64,000 nucleotides of DNA from Kudoa neothunni (Eukaryota > Animalia > Cnidaria): assembly GCA_964304625.1 (NCBI GenBank), contig OZ199838.1:3856705-3920704 (forward strand), given 5' to 3'. Numbering within the stretch: position 1 is the stretch's first letter; every line of letters begins with the position of its first letter. The position numbers and the translations under genes were made by a program. Shown in pieces: positions 49,985-64,000 of this stretch. The notes under the pieces are model-generated. The model worked only from the letters and a program-made list of their open reading frames with translations. It was not told the DNA's origin and searched no databases.

Positions 49985-51817
49985 GCATGAAAGTCTTATA
50001 ATCTTTGGATTGTGTCTTTAGATTTAAACAGGATTCCCCTAAATTTTAACTTGAAGCTATTAAATTTAATAACGACGCTGTTCCTTTACAGAATTATTTA
50101 GGTTACTATTTGTGGTCTGGTCAGTTTTTGAAAAGAACGGGGTTATTAAAGTTAACGCCAAATAAAGGAATATTAATTTAAGTAGTAAAAAATTAAATGT
50201 CGTGAATTTTTATGATAATTATATGTAGTTTACTGTCTTTGTGATCTCCATAAAATAATCTTAATTTAAATTTCGGTAATATCAATTTCTAAAATTCTGG
50301 AACTTTCAGTGTTTCTAATGTTTTCCTAAATTTTCACTCTTGTTTTTTGAATGACTAAATAATCGCAAAATAATGTTTCAAAGATAAGGAGTTATTGCAA
50401 ATTCACAAAAAATGGAATTAAATCGTTGCTGATTCCATGACGAGAAATCTTCCAATAGATAATTTTATACTTGGAACAACGCTTTATTTCAAATTAATGT
50501 GTCTGCAATGGAAGTTCACCAAACGTAAGATACAATTAGAAATTTTAAACATTCTTAAAGTTAATGTAGTACAAAAACTGAGCTTAAAAAATATGCCAAA
50601 GATTTATCAAAATGAACACATTTTTAAATGTCATGTTCCTGTAATGACCCACGTTTTGGATTTTTGTTACCATTATTAGTGACAAGACAGTTTATTATGA
50701 CCATGAACCATTTTGGAATTATTACGAAGAGATTTTTGAGTTTGAATTCTGAATGCTTGAATTTAAAAAAAACTCTGATGTTGGCGGTATCGAATGCTAA
50801 GTTATCATTACAAGTCTTTGCTATCAATTTTCAAAATATTCTAATTTTTCTTAATTTTAATGCATAAATGGTCGGGCATAAAAATAAAACCTCATCTAGG
50901 TATGGTTGTTATGTGTTATTCAAAAATCGAACCGAAAACTGTAGTACAATTGTTTGAAATTAAACGAATTGAATAGGTTTAAAAACAAAGTTTGTTTGAT
51001 TAACTTATTAACAATCGCCTTTTTAGCCATCGTTAATCGGCAAATAAATTTTAATTCTATCGGAAAATACAGCACATCTTTACTTCCTCTAGCTCTGATT
51101 AACGCTTCTCCGGAAATAGAATTTTCTCATCTGGAATTATCGAAAAAATCAGAAGAAATAGAATGTTGTGCTCTACATTAGATAATCCTGTTCTAATGAG
51201 GAATTTTTCCAACACATTGACAAAATGATGCCATAAATTTGAAGTTTCTGAGTTAATTATAAATAAACGTAATATTTGTACATACAATTAAATATTAGTT
51301 CCGTTTTTACAAAAAATTCTGATTTGGGTTGGAAACGCCGAATGCTTTTGAACGTTCAATCATAATATAACACTACTCACGTAATATATAATTTCTCCTG
51401 GTTTAATTTTTTTTAATTTTTAAACACCGAATGCAACACCTAGCTGAGTGGTCACCGCAAGAATGGCGATGGCACAATCCACAAATAACAACAATCAAGC
51501 ACTGATTTTACTCTCAAAGTCGTATGGGTTGTTGAGTCCGGCGGAGAGTTCAAAAAAATATTTTATGCGCGTGTTCCTGATGTAGATTCTTTTGTAAGAC
51601 TCTAAACTAACCCATAGTTGCTAATCAATGAAGTATCTTATATTACCTGATGCAATCGATAATATAAAATTGTGCAAGAGCAATGTTTGATTAGGTTGTG
51701 TACGATTAGTTCAAGGATTAATTTGGATTTTCCTTTGAATTCTATCAATAAAATTTTTTAATATCTCACATAATTAATTTAATTAAATTTATGCACAAAA
51801 TGATGCAATAAAAAGAT

Positions 51818-52028
51818 GGGGTCGATTCGACCCCAAATGATCGTTGGTGGATATCCTTCAAATTTTGGCTACATAAAAAACCCAAATCAATTAATTTTCC
51901 TTAGTTACATAGAAGAGTGTATTTTTGAATAATAGCTTGAATTCAAGAACATTAGGAGTAAGGAAGAAAAAATTATACATTATTCAATTTTACTTCGGGG
52001 TCGATTCGACCCCAGTATCGTTAGAAGG
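51818..52028. mobile_element. Right end of a piggyBac-type element
   Basis: Two identical palindromes GGGGTCGATTCGACCCC (51818-51834, 51997-52013), then TTAGAAGG|TCAA, resembling the 43035 terminus. Confidence 0.5.
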
Positions 52029-52239
52029 TCAACTATCTACGACAAAAGCATTTACATAAGAATATATTATATTTCTGGAACTATAAAAACAACAGAGGAA
52101 ATAGAAATTTTTGTTACAATAGGTGACCGATAATTCGTAACTTTACGTAAAACTCTATCCATTCGGTTGAACTCATCAAATAACATTTACTATGAGTTAT
52201 TAATTAATATAAGCGTAATTTTTTTGTTTTGTGAAATAA

Positions 52240-52860
52240 AATATTTTATAACTGCGTAATAACCGATAATTCGTAATTATTTCCAAATGCCCGAAAAAGA
52301 ATTCAACAATTCATAATGCTTCAAGGGAAATATGATATAATTCAATATTATGATAGTTTACCGTCCTTAAATAGATTGACGGAAAACATTAAACACTTCA
52401 AAATAGGCTATATTTCAAATTTAAATGGCATTTTAGGAAAAAGCTCAAATTAAATATACATTCGAAAGTCAATTACTTCTAGCTAAACGAAGATCAATGT
52501 GGAAAGGAAATGATAGGGACGCTGATCAATGTGTGTATGAATGGATCGTTTGGATGAGGTCGAGAAGTGTTGAATTATCGTCCATCGAAATAATTAACAA
52601 AAAAAATGAGATCGATTCTTCTAAAAATAATTTCAAAAATGTTATCTATTGATAGTTTCGTGGCTTTAAAAATAGGTTCAACTTAAAATAATCAGTTTCT
52701 ATGTCGAAGCTAGCACGGTACCTACCCATAGGAATCATTGCAGATTAGAACACTCCATTTCTTAAAAATTTTGGAAATTATAAATAGGATCAAATATAAT
52801 ATGTCGACGGGACAGCGCTGTTCTATCAAATTAACACCTCTTAAGTGATTCCTAAACATG
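52240..52860 (+). pseudogene. pogo/Tigger transposase remnant
   Basis: DQCVYEWIVWMRSRSVELSSIEI (CENP-B HTH), GFKNRFNL, and a YN.DGTALFYQ-like segment, with stops and frameshifts. Confidence 0.65.
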
Positions 52861-53711
52861 ATTATTTTTGTTTCCAATAAATTGTTGTTCTGTACATTAA
52901 ATGGAACCCCAAAATTTTTAATAATATTACATCCATTATAACAATTATTTTTTGCGCGTCAAAAGTATGATTTATTATAGTTTAGTTGTGATCTAAATTA
53001 TGAATATTCTTAAATCGATGAATCAATAAAAGTCAGTTTTCATGGCATTTTTGTCATGTGCGCCCACAAAAGCTATTGCGAATTAGTGGTCACCGACTGT
53101 ATCCAACAGATTGTCTATTCGAATTTAAGTTCAAGAATTCTTTTAACACACCGACCCAGCGATGTCATAATTTTGAAGTTCCTGAGCCAATTATGAATTT
53201 ACATAGTAGTTTTATACATAATTTAATGTTATTTTGAATTTATAGAAATTCTAATTTCTCCAGCTAAAATTTGGCCGAAAGTTCGATTTGGGTTGGAAAC
53301 ATTGGACACTAAGAAATTTTTGAATTCCATCCAATACTGGTTAATTGAAAGGATCAGATTAATTTTTAATGATTTTAATAGATTATTAAATGCAGAATAT
53401 TCTCAGTCATTGATGAAGATGAGCATTTCATGCTAGTTTATATAAAACACAAACGGTTAAAGAAATAATATCAGATGATAATTCGATAAAAGTAGTTTTG
53501 AATGCGGTTGAGGATCAAAGAAAGAGGGAACTAGTATAGCGACCCGACCAATACTGCTGGAACATTTTTTTCCATTTTTCTGTTACTTGGGCTAGATATT
53601 TAACATGAATTAATCCTGGATCATTTTTTGGCTTTTCAGCGTATTCTTTCGCCTAGTAAAATTTAAATAGTTTATTAGAATTAGTCACATTATTTAATCT
53701 ATGTTTTCCAA

Positions 53712-53730
53712 TATATATATATATATATAT
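53712..53730. repeat. (TA)n microsatellite
   Basis: Short perfect TA run. Confidence 0.9.
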
Positions 53731-55681
53731 CATGTCTTCGTATTAAAGTTGAAGATAAATACTTTAGGTGGTGGGCGTGAGTCCACAAGACACTAAACAA
53801 GATTTTATAATTCTGCTATGTATTGTAGTAATTACGAATCGGCTAGTCAAAAACACTATGATGGCAATGACGAAAATTCGATGGGCATGTTTAATTTTAT
53901 GAAGGAACATTCTCGATATGATTTCAGACTTTCAAGAGCAATTTATTGTTAGTTAGATTTGAAAAGCTTATAAAGTAGTTAAAAAAGAGAAGTCATTATA
54001 TAAAATCAAAGTCTGCGTAATAGTTTATTGATAAAGTAAATAATATCGCATTACCATAGGAATCACCGCAAGCATAGACGATGATTTTCACGCGTTCATG
54101 AACAAATAATATCTATAATGGAGTGTTCGGTTATTACGATTGTTGATTTAAGTACTTGTTAAACTATAATTAGAGAAAACTTTAACTATGATTTTGTATA
54201 TGCTCTCCCTACGGCGATATTACATATATATACATTGACTTTTACAATTTTATAAATATTTTTTATAAATTAGAAATATATCTTTAGAGCCAATCTTAAA
54301 AAATAATTTATCTCATTTATAATAATGTAAATATATAATTGTTGGGAAGCTCATCTAATAGTTAGAGCGGTGTTTATCTGTAAAGGTATAACTAGGTACA
54401 GAATTATTTAGCACAATAGCGATCAACAATTGTATTTGAATAATACGGTTAATTTAAACAGACCTATAAAATGGTGCAATAACTCAAAAGAATGAACCAA
54501 TAAATCAATCCAATAAGTATCACATGATTAATCACACAAATCCAGCGTCTTCTATAAATTTAAAAATTTTTGTTAATTATGCCATCAATTAAACATTTTA
54601 TAATAATATTTAAACACTGCATTCCGTAAACAATCTCTATTAAAAAGCATCTTTTATAAGGTCGTCAAAATATCTGTTCAAGCATAAATGTTGTGGGAAT
54701 TATAATTAGTTATTTCCCCATAATTTCTTTTCGTAATATTTCCACAAGACTAAAACTTTAAAATAAGATTTATTAGTTTTGTAAACAAAAAGCTCAAAAG
54801 ATAAAAGAAACACATTAATAATGTATGTAATTCATAAATAAGAAAAAAATTTTATTTTCATAAATTTAATACAATTTTTTAAATGATATATTAATTAATT
54901 CAATGCATGTTTTTCAGCAATCACTTTGTTAAACTAAGGAATATTATATTAAAAGGTATATTTATACAATTAAGAAATAATATACCAATCGAAAAAGGAA
55001 GCAAGTTGTAAATTGGTCGTGAATACAACTGAATTAGATTGTCAGTTATTTAATTAATATAGAAATTACACACATTTATATTGGATAACTATATCTACTC
55101 TTTAAAACAATAATTAATTTATAATTCGTATATGATTACAATTAAATAATTTATCATTTTAACATAGCATATATCAAAGGATACTTATACTTAATTTTGA
55201 TTGACATTATAATGACTTGATTTCTAGTGTCTATTAAAATGAATCTAGGGTCAATTGTCGAATAATAATTTGCTTTAACCTTAAAGAAACAACACGTGAG
55301 AAAATATGATATTATAGAAGAGGGGGTTACATTGATACGGGAATCACTGAAAATTAACAATGAGAAACATAATTAATAATGAATAGCACTGTTTAAATAA
55401 ATTTTCCATCGCAAAGATTTTTCTTATTATAACTCTAGTTTTAAAACAAATTCAATCATTTCCATGGCTTTTCATTATTTCGTAAAACAAGAGTGTCACA
55501 TTATACAGAAATATGTATGAGTTTAGTATAATGGTCGATTAGCTATGGTGGTTTATTGTAAGAAAAATAAAATAATCGAATGATGTTCATTAGATGTTGG
55601 AAGAATCCGATAGAAGATTAATGACTAATTCATTATGCTAATTAAAACTATTAGTTCAATACAGATTAACAGATACGTATT

Positions 55682-57614
55682 ATGGCAGTTGAATCCACCA
55701 AAGTAACAATATATTTCAAGGAGGAATTTCTATTGGTTTAGAAAAATGAATCTGAGGTCACTACATCAAAAACCAGCAGTGCCCAGGCCGAAGATGGGAT
55801 TATCATGTGTTCTGTAAATATCATCAATGTTATCTTTGGTTCGGGAGTTTTAGGTTATTCCCAATTTTATTTACATCACCTCAAAATGGCTAAAATGCAT
55901 TTATTTAGTACTTCCTGTCAGTTTTTCTCATGCAGGTATGGGTTCCACCCTAATTTTGATGGCTTTTAGTGCAATATTATCGTGTATTTTAAATGGGTGT
56001 TTATTGTATTTCTTTACTATATTTCAGGTTTTACCGTCAATTCGCTGGCGAAATTGGCTGATATTACTGGAGAAAGCACGTATGAAGTAAGGAGTGACTT
56101 TTTAGTGATTTCATGTGATTTTGAAACGAATCAATTATAGGGGTTCATCTACAAAATATTTGGTGTAAAGGTGGGCGTGCTTGTAAGTTGCTGTTTATTG
56201 CTAAATTCATTTCTAAGTATGTTGATAAATAATCTGAAAACAATAATACGTGTCTTTAAGCTAAACTAGCATTTGCCATTGTTTCAGCAGACAATTTGCA
56301 ACTCATAGCCTCTACATATTGTGAGTTTAGTTGTTTATTTTTAAATATAAACGTTATATTGTTTGTGTAGTGAGCGAAGAAAACATTTTGGTACGTCGTG
56401 AAGTTCTAATGACCTTTTACATAATGTTAACATTCCTTCTATCGCTACCGAACAACGTGGGATACCTCACCAAAGTATTCTCTATACTACATAATAATGG
56501 GAATTACTTGGTAATTGACTATTATTTAGTTTTCAGTAGTGTCCGTCATTGGGATTTTCACATATTCTATTGTTGTGTTTGTGAGTTTGGCCACACTTAC
56601 CCCCTTAACGTAACAATCATTAAAATATTTATTCGCGACAAAATTCTTATTTTTCCATCGATAGGCACGTTTATAATGATACATTCAAATTTATTAAACC
56701 TGGAGTGGCTTCTAGCATTTCTCAGATATTTTTCGGTATTTTTGCTGACAGTCCACCTCTAAACATTCCTGTCTTTAGCTTTGTTTTGTCAGCCTTCAAT
56801 CGGTTCAATCTATTTCAGTATGAAAGACAAAAGTGTTAAAAGATTCTCCTATTCAGTCATTCTCGCTCACATAGTTTCTCACATTATATATACCCTGATC
56901 GGTATCACTGGATTTTTAACCTTTTCAGGATTTGCATCTGGTATCAAAAACACATTTAACATTATTAAATATTCATTTATCATCTATTTCAAAAGACAAC
57001 TTGTTAAACTCGTACTGTGGAGATAATATTGGTGCCCTTTTGGCCAGAGTGGCTTTCATCATTACTCTCGTACTGTCTGCACCGTTCCAATCGTTAGTAT
57101 TCAAAGATGTAACAAATAATATTTGATATTCTTATTTATTTATTTATTTATTAACATAGGTTGCTTATTCGTTGTTCAAAAAATTATTCCCCAATTCAGC
57201 AATGAGCGATTGTTTTAGAATGGCCATGGTTTATTTCATTTGTGTGTCTACTTATATTCTCTCTTCCATTATTACTGAACTGGGACTAGTAGTGACACTA
57301 GCTGTAATGCTTTTATTGTCACGTACATTTGTAATATGTTCTTAGGGGTCTCTCTGCGTTGTGCCGATTGGTATTATGGTTTGCTAAATATTAAAATATA
57401 TAACTATGTATTTTTAGCCCTGATATTTCCCTCACTTGGTTATTTTATGGTGCTACGTCGTATACCAAATGGAAACCGCCCATTGAAAGCTATCTGCCTC
57501 AGCTGCACTGCAGTGGGTGTAATCATTCTAATACTGGGAACCGTAACGACGCTTATTCATGTTGAGTCCAAATCCTTTACACCCAAGTATTATTGTGATT
57601 CAGACATAATTTAA
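55682..57614 (+). CDS. SLC38-family (SLC38A11-like) amino-acid transporter, about 14 short exons
   Basis: Splices without frame breaks: NIINVIFGSGVLVLPVSFSHAG, GESTYE, LSLPNNVGYLTKFS, FALFCQPS, GFLTF..FASDNLLNSY, ALIFPSL. These are Aa_trans motifs. Confidence 0.88.
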
Positions 57615-58800
57615 TCGTTTCGTGTTGTTACATATTTTGATTTTTGTCTATTTTTTTCTCAAAAGATAATAATTTTATAAGTATCATCTATATCAGATTA
57701 ATAAATTAAATCTTTCATTATGACGTGCTTATCTATACATATAAAGTTCTTGTCTTTCAGTGTGTGTGTCAGTTTGCAGCAGTATGCATGTGCCATGGAG
57801 AAACTTTCTTTAAATATAGCTCTAAGTTTGTATTTGAATAGATAAAACCATTAATAAAAATCGATCATTTACTTAGAAGTATAAATATAATCAATATCGT
57901 TATCAGAAGTAAGGTATTTTCTGGCTGTTTACATCAATTACCAGATTAAAAATACCTGCATAATATTGATGTTTCTTTACATCAGAGTGATACTCAATAA
58001 GAATGAACTTTTACTCACTGAATATAACAAAAATTTTCTAATTATGATGTATAATGTTTAGAAATGTTACATACGCCTATTTTGAGTAATTTTAAGACAG
58101 ATAATGCCATTAAAGTCATATTTACAAGAGATGTTGCATTTCCCTTAAAATTTGAAGATTAACCAAATTATTTAGGATGTATTTACATTTTTCAAACATT
58201 AAAGATACATTATAAGAAAAAAGACTTAAGACCATTTTAAATAAAACAAATCATTTGAGATTACAAGTTTTTGCCATGTTGGAATAATTTTGGTCTCTAT
58301 ACGCATTCTAAAACCGATGTAGGGTGTTTGTAGAGTTTTAAAATTATTAAATTTTGTTGATAACTTCTTAAATGAAGATTATGCTCCATTGGAATTCCTG
58401 AGATGTGAAAATTTCTTTTTATCAAATATATCGATTGCGATTGAAACTATATTCGTCTTTTCGATAAGTTTTTACTCATTTGTTAGTTTTCCTAGACTTT
58501 CTTTCAAAACATTTGGAATAACTAATTCAATAAGTTCCTATATTTGATGAGGTAATTTTTAAAATAATGTTTAAGTTCTTAGTAACCTAATTATTCCTTA
58601 CTCCAGACCTTAGATTTAATATTCAAATCAATATATAATTATTTTCGTTAAAAATAATTCATTATGAAATAAAAGCTGAATGAAACTATGCGACACCATA
58701 TTCTATACGTAGTTTATGAATTTATATTCACGATTACTTTTTCACAAAATAAAGTCCCCTCTCAATCTCAATACGTGTCATGTAAGTTAATAAGAAATTA

Positions 58801-59682
58801 TTGGTCTATTCGATCTAACCAATATTTTCACAAAGTTTTCATTAATCCAAAAATAGTTCAATACGAAGAAATTTTTTTAGGGCAATCAAACAGTACGTTT
58901 ATTTTTAAAAGGGTGCATTCCTTCAAGAAAACCAGTTGATATTTAAGCATTACTGTAATTTTTCAAACCAAAAATTCCTTTACATTTTTAACTTAATCGT
59001 ATTTTTTTAATTAAATGTGTATATTTTTGATAAAAAGCAAGGTTGGATTTATTTATAAATCAGGAAATTTTGTTACAATAATGAATACGTAAGTTACCAC
59101 TCACAGCTTTTCAAAAAATCGTTGGCATCATTATAAAATTGCGAAAAAGTAGTAAAAATTAATATTTATATTTCGGAGGCATCTTAGGTTGATTTTACTT
59201 TTTTGTCGTTTGTAGCCTAATAATAAATTTTATAACTAGAAGGACTAATTTTTATCGAAAAATTTTGAAAAGAACTGAAAGTCCTATTTAAGTTACTTAA
59301 TGATTTTGTTTCATAAATAACTGAACTTTAATCGTTAATTACATTTCTCTTAAAATTAAGGTCATCATAGTTTTGATCAATAATTTGTAAAATAAACTTA
59401 AAATTACTCATTAATTTCTCTCCATACCTCTATTTTTATTTGAATGGAGAATGTATGCATAATTTCGTTTATCTAAATCATCACATTGCAAAAATAATGA
59501 CAAGCTTTAAAATGCATAAATTAAAATAGAAAAATAAAATTAAAATTTTCTATCACACTGTACCAGGAAAAAATGGGCATTAGCGCTATTTACTTAAAAA
59601 TCAAAAAGGCTTTAGTCTGCGCCAGGTGTTAGCCTATTTGGCTGGGCAAGGAAGCCCTCGCGAAGGGGGGCTTTTGCGCTAG
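58801..59682 (+). mobile_element. Non-autonomous Helitron-like repeat (copy B)
   Basis: Homologous to 6777-7641. Ends with GC hairpin AAGCCCTC-GCGAA-GGGGGGCTT followed by CTAG|T (59679-59683), the canonical Helitron 3' end. Confidence 0.7.
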
Positions 59683-60699
59683 TTAATAATAAAAGATAAT
59701 TTACATTAATTAAAAATAAATTTTCAAAACCGAACCTATCTCAGCCCCTAGTAAGTTGGCGCTCCCAATTTACTACTCAATACCGAGGCACGACTGTATT
59801 TTGACCAACTAACATACTTATTTAGTTTAGTATTCGAATTAATTTGTAATGGAACGCGATTTAAATTTTTAAGGTTCGCAAGAAATTTATTATGAGAAAT
59901 ACTAAATCTTTATATAAAGTCATAAACCAACTAATAGGCACAGGTATTGATTTTGAGGCCGCATAAGGGATTCATTAGCTTTACTGATAAAAGCATATCG
60001 AGAATCTTCTATCATTTTTGTTCTAATCAGTTCAATCCACTCTTTCACTTTTAGATCAATATCCATTCTTCTCCCTTGAGAGTTTTTGTTACTTTTGAAT
60101 AGAAGAATCGTTATAATGATAAAACGAGCAGTCTATATGGTTATAATAGTATTCAAGGAAGGTCTTATTTTTATATCAAAGACCTTCATTGTTCCACATT
60201 TAGTGTTTTATTTATTCGCTAATTTTTGATAATATTTTATAATTTCAACTTTTGGGATAGAGTTGGAATTTTTTTACCATCTGTTGGCGCACAAGCCATA
60301 ATCTTCGTAGTTATGAGAAAGAAATTATTAAGCACGATGCATAAAAAGTATTGATATTCTAATTTTCTAAAGTCAAACTGAGGCAATATGCTACTTTTAT
60401 TCTAAAGTTTATAGAGTAAAAATTAAATTTTCTATATATATTCATTAATTTATGTTTAATTTAGATATTACGCACAATCCGTAAGTTACTGTTATCTGTT
60501 ATATTTGGTTGTTTACATTTTATTCAATATATTCATACACATAAAACTGTATTTTATCCAGTTCACCACTTATAGAGTAAGCAAGACTTTTACAAAGTAT
60601 TTTCAAATTATTGACAAACACTAAACCATCTACAAAAGAGAATTTAGGATCCACAGGTTCATCTTATACCTCCGTAGGTTCTCCAATAATATCCTCGTA

Positions 60700-61403
60700 T
60701 GAGAAATTCTAGGAATTATCACATACAGAAAACAAAATTTCTTCGTCGCCTAATTCATCGGTTGCTTGTAAAGATACGGAATTATCTGTAGATGATTCCA
60801 CATTCTGTCAGAATTTTTCGGTTCATTTATAAAGGTCGTTAACCTTAAATAATATTTTGAAAAGAAATTGAAGGCTGTTTGAGGGATTATTGAATTCCAA
60901 GACTCCTAAATAAGAGTCATTATTTCCAATATATCTACAGGTTTTTATCCAGTTCAACTTTTGCATATATCATATGCCATCATATTAAGATGTTTCGTTA
61001 AATTGTCTTAAAAGAATGAATATCACTTTAATCAGTCGGTTATAGGATCTTAAGGGCGTTTTTGGTAAAGTAGACTATTTGAACCTTGGAAGATCCATGC
61101 GTTGATCGTAACTTGCATTATCCATAAATATAAACAATTTTGTTGTTCCTGATTCGGAATGTATTATTAAATTTTTATAAGAATTTCCTTAAAATCTTTG
61201 CTGCAATCCACTCATTCTCATGTGCTCATATAGAACTAGAGTACCATCTATATTTTTAAAATGCACTAGCAATTGTAACGTATGGGAATATCTACTAAAA
61301 TAACAATCGTGTTAAAATTTTAATTTCGCAAATAAATGAACTATTAATAAATAAATGTTCAAAGAAAAATAAAGCAGTTGACTGTTTATCTATAAATTGG
61401 CCG
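60700..61403 (-). pseudogene. pogo/Tigger DDE-domain remnant
   Basis: Minus strand LFIFMDNASY, a degenerate LP.N....QP.D segment and ESWNSI (DDE_1 pattern), heavily disrupted. Confidence 0.6.
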
Positions 61404-62261
61404 ATTATGCTTGAATTAAGCAGGGAGTTTCCTCGAGAATCTGTAATAACATTGGATTCTTAGTAACCTTGAATATAAGTATCGGAATTCTTATAAGAAA
61501 CTAGGAGTGGCAATTCTATTATAAGTTTTTGATCAAATATGGGTAAAAAAGCAAGCAATAATATTTTATCGGTTAGTTTTTTAATAACGGCGGACATATT
61601 TATAATTAAGATTAAATAATTTGATTTTCAACATGTTTTCCTGTTTTAGATAAATTAAAAACAAGTTATTATAAGATGGATATATATTTTATATAATTGA
61701 ATATTGTCTGTTTGTACATGAATGTATTAATTTTTAAATTTAATGCCTTTGCTTTTTAGTTAATTCAATGACTGTTAGATCATAATCCCATAGGTCGCCC
61801 CCTGTTCTTATTTTAGAGCAACATTTTAAAAATATAAAAAATTAATATAAGGTTCTATGTGATAATTTAAGTTTTGTAACTTTCGGTGATTTTACGCTCA
61901 GCTATCTGCTGATCACTTCGAATATTATACAAGTTTTCAAACAAGTCATTATTAAGTAACTTGGATGGGGATTCTTCAGAAATTTCATTAACTTCTGTCT
62001 TTTCATTTGCTTGAAGTCAGATATATAATATCTATTTGAGCAAATGACACCTTTTTTAATATTATTTCTTCTTTTATTTGGCTGGTTATCATATACCTTA
62101 TTATCGTGTTTCGAATTATTCTCGTTGATTTTGCTTTGTACTTAAACTTAGTTATATCATTATAAATTAATATTTTAAAACAATATTTAATAATTTTCTA
62201 GTTATAAACACTATTATCTCAAATATAACTTCAATTCTCTTAATAGAAATTATTGAATTAA

Positions 62262-62421
62262 CCCTTTCGATCCGAAAAAATAAAAATTGAGAAAAAATAT
62301 TTTCCGTTATATATCATTTTTAGATAAAAATTAAAATGGAATATACTATTTTTGATTTAAAAAGTATTATAAATAATTAAATAACTACATGATGCCATTG
62401 GCATTATTCGGGTCGAAAGGG
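62262..62421. mobile_element. 160-bp piggyBac-type MITE
   Basis: TTAA|CCCTTTCGATCCGAA ... TTCGGGTCGAAAGGG|TTAA (14/15 TIR) with TTAA TSD. Confidence 0.92.
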
Positions 62422-64000
62422 TTAAGAATTACAATTATTTCAAGCATAAAATTCATAGTTTATTCGTCTGATCATAGCAATAAATTGCGTAGATGCTAAT
62501 TAGGTGTTCATTGTCAATTTTTAAATTTTTTTGTTATTTCTCTTTTAACCACCATTTGGATATAAGTACATAATCTTGTAAAATACTGTAAATGATGCTA
62601 GAGAATATCTAAGAAACCGTGATTATCGCCCCATCATTTTAAATTTTTAGTATCAAATCAATTAAACTTAACCAGATTAAAAATTAGAGCTAATCAATTT
62701 AATTTTTCAGTTTAAATAATTAAGAATTTTAAACTATTAGAAGCATAGAAATCAAATAAACCTTGAAACATGTATCTTATCGATTCGTAAGTTTTACATT
62801 CAGAATCTTGCTATATTAGAGTATCGATTTTCTCATTTATTTCAATTAAAATAAAATAAAAACGTTAAAGGAACTAAATGATGATTTTGAATTAACACTC
62901 AACTACTAAATTAATATATCGAGTCTTAAAGTAAGCCAACATAATTTCGCGTTCAAATGTGAATGTTAGGGGGACATCGCGAGCCGTACTTTGGTGACCC
63001 CTGTTTAAACGTATTGCATAATTTATGTCAAACCGAAAAAAATAATAAAGCATTCCTATTGATCACAAAAAATAATATTCATTTGGAAGTAACATTACAA
63101 AAATTATTTCTCTTAATGTATGTAAAAATAATTGATTCGAAACTAAAACAACTATGTATCGGGATCACTCAAGAGTCGTTAACTGGTGGAACAGCGAGAT
63201 CGTAGCTACATTATATATTTGATATTCCTTATAATTATCAAGGAATATAAAACGTTAAGTATTCCAATCTGTAATAATTTCAAAGGTTATTGTGCTAGTT
63301 TTATCATGAAAATTATCGTAATTTAGATTTAAATATTTTGAAAGTCACGAAATTATTCATAGCTAACCTTTTTAAAATTAGCTTCATAAGTATTGATCTT
63401 ATTTCTTTTGTTAATTATTTCGATAGATGATAAGTCGATACTTTTCTACCTCATCCAAACGAACCAATCATACCCACGATAATTAGCGTGTTCATCTCTT
63501 CCTTTCCGTATTGATGTTCAACCGGTTGATTAGTCTGACTGAATTCTTCCAAAATATCATTTAGTCTATATTATAGCCTATTTTGATATATTTAATAGTT
63601 TCATAATTTATATTTAAGAAATTGCGAACTATCACAGTATATTATTAAATAATATTTCTCTTTAAATTATGAATTTATTATTTTATTTCAATTATCGAGA
63701 AACAATACGAATTATCATTAAATTTTCGCTAAGGCGTGTAACGAGTTAGTAGGAATTATTGATTATTACGCAGATTTAAAACTCATTGTTTTACAAAATA
63801 AAAAAATAACTCCCAGACTCCACTAAAAACTTGTAATCAACGTTCTATTTTAAGTCTAACTAGATAGATAAGGTTTTAAGGAAAGTTAAGATTTGATGGT
63901 AATCTTATGCATTCTTTTTTAATCTGCGGGTGAGTCGATAAATTCCACAATCGAGTATTGATGAAATTCTCGCCTCCTATATTTATATAAGGCTAATATT

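Noticed and set aside
50400-53450. Possible Mutator-like transposase remnants (H..GDH motifs near 51455 and 53095; shared GATTTGGGTTGGAAAC)
   Set aside because: Too degraded, and motif order differs between the two segments, so no family call is supportable.
1-64000. Alternative genetic code, non-canonical splice sites, CRISPR arrays or prokaryotic operons
   Set aside because: The resolved genes use the standard code with TAA or TGA stops and GT-AG introns. No spaced direct-repeat arrays or prokaryotic gene organisation were seen.

Overview
AT-rich eukaryotic (animal) genomic DNA with very short GT-AG introns (mostly 40-60 nt), so the ORF track misses or fragments most genes. Manually spliced genes: TAF10 (8390-8864,+), BCKDHB (14619-16057,+), two tandem Frag1/DRAM/TMEM150-like genes (about 18.8-21.4 kb,+), a giant (about 3,800 aa) highly divergent classical-type cadherin (cadherin repeats-EGF-LamG-EGF-LamG-EGF-TM; 24355-36125,-), two paralogous orphan secreted Cys-rich genes (40.3-41.3 kb and 47.5-48.4 kb,-), and an SLC38-type amino-acid transporter (55682-57614,+). 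Intergenic DNA is full of decayed transposons: piggyBac derivatives and MITEs with TTAA TSDs, hAT and pogo/Tigger remnants, a Mutator-type MITE, Helitron-like repeats, and three copies of a tRNA-derived SINE family. The compact introns, extreme protein divergence and cnidarian-like cadherin suggest a reduced parasitic animal such as a myxozoan; this is inference only. Most notable: five single-base frame breaks clustered in 1.5 kb of the otherwise intact cadherin (assembly error versus recoding), the orphan secreted pair with a possibly circularly permuted saposin-like Cys pattern, and the modular SINE family.
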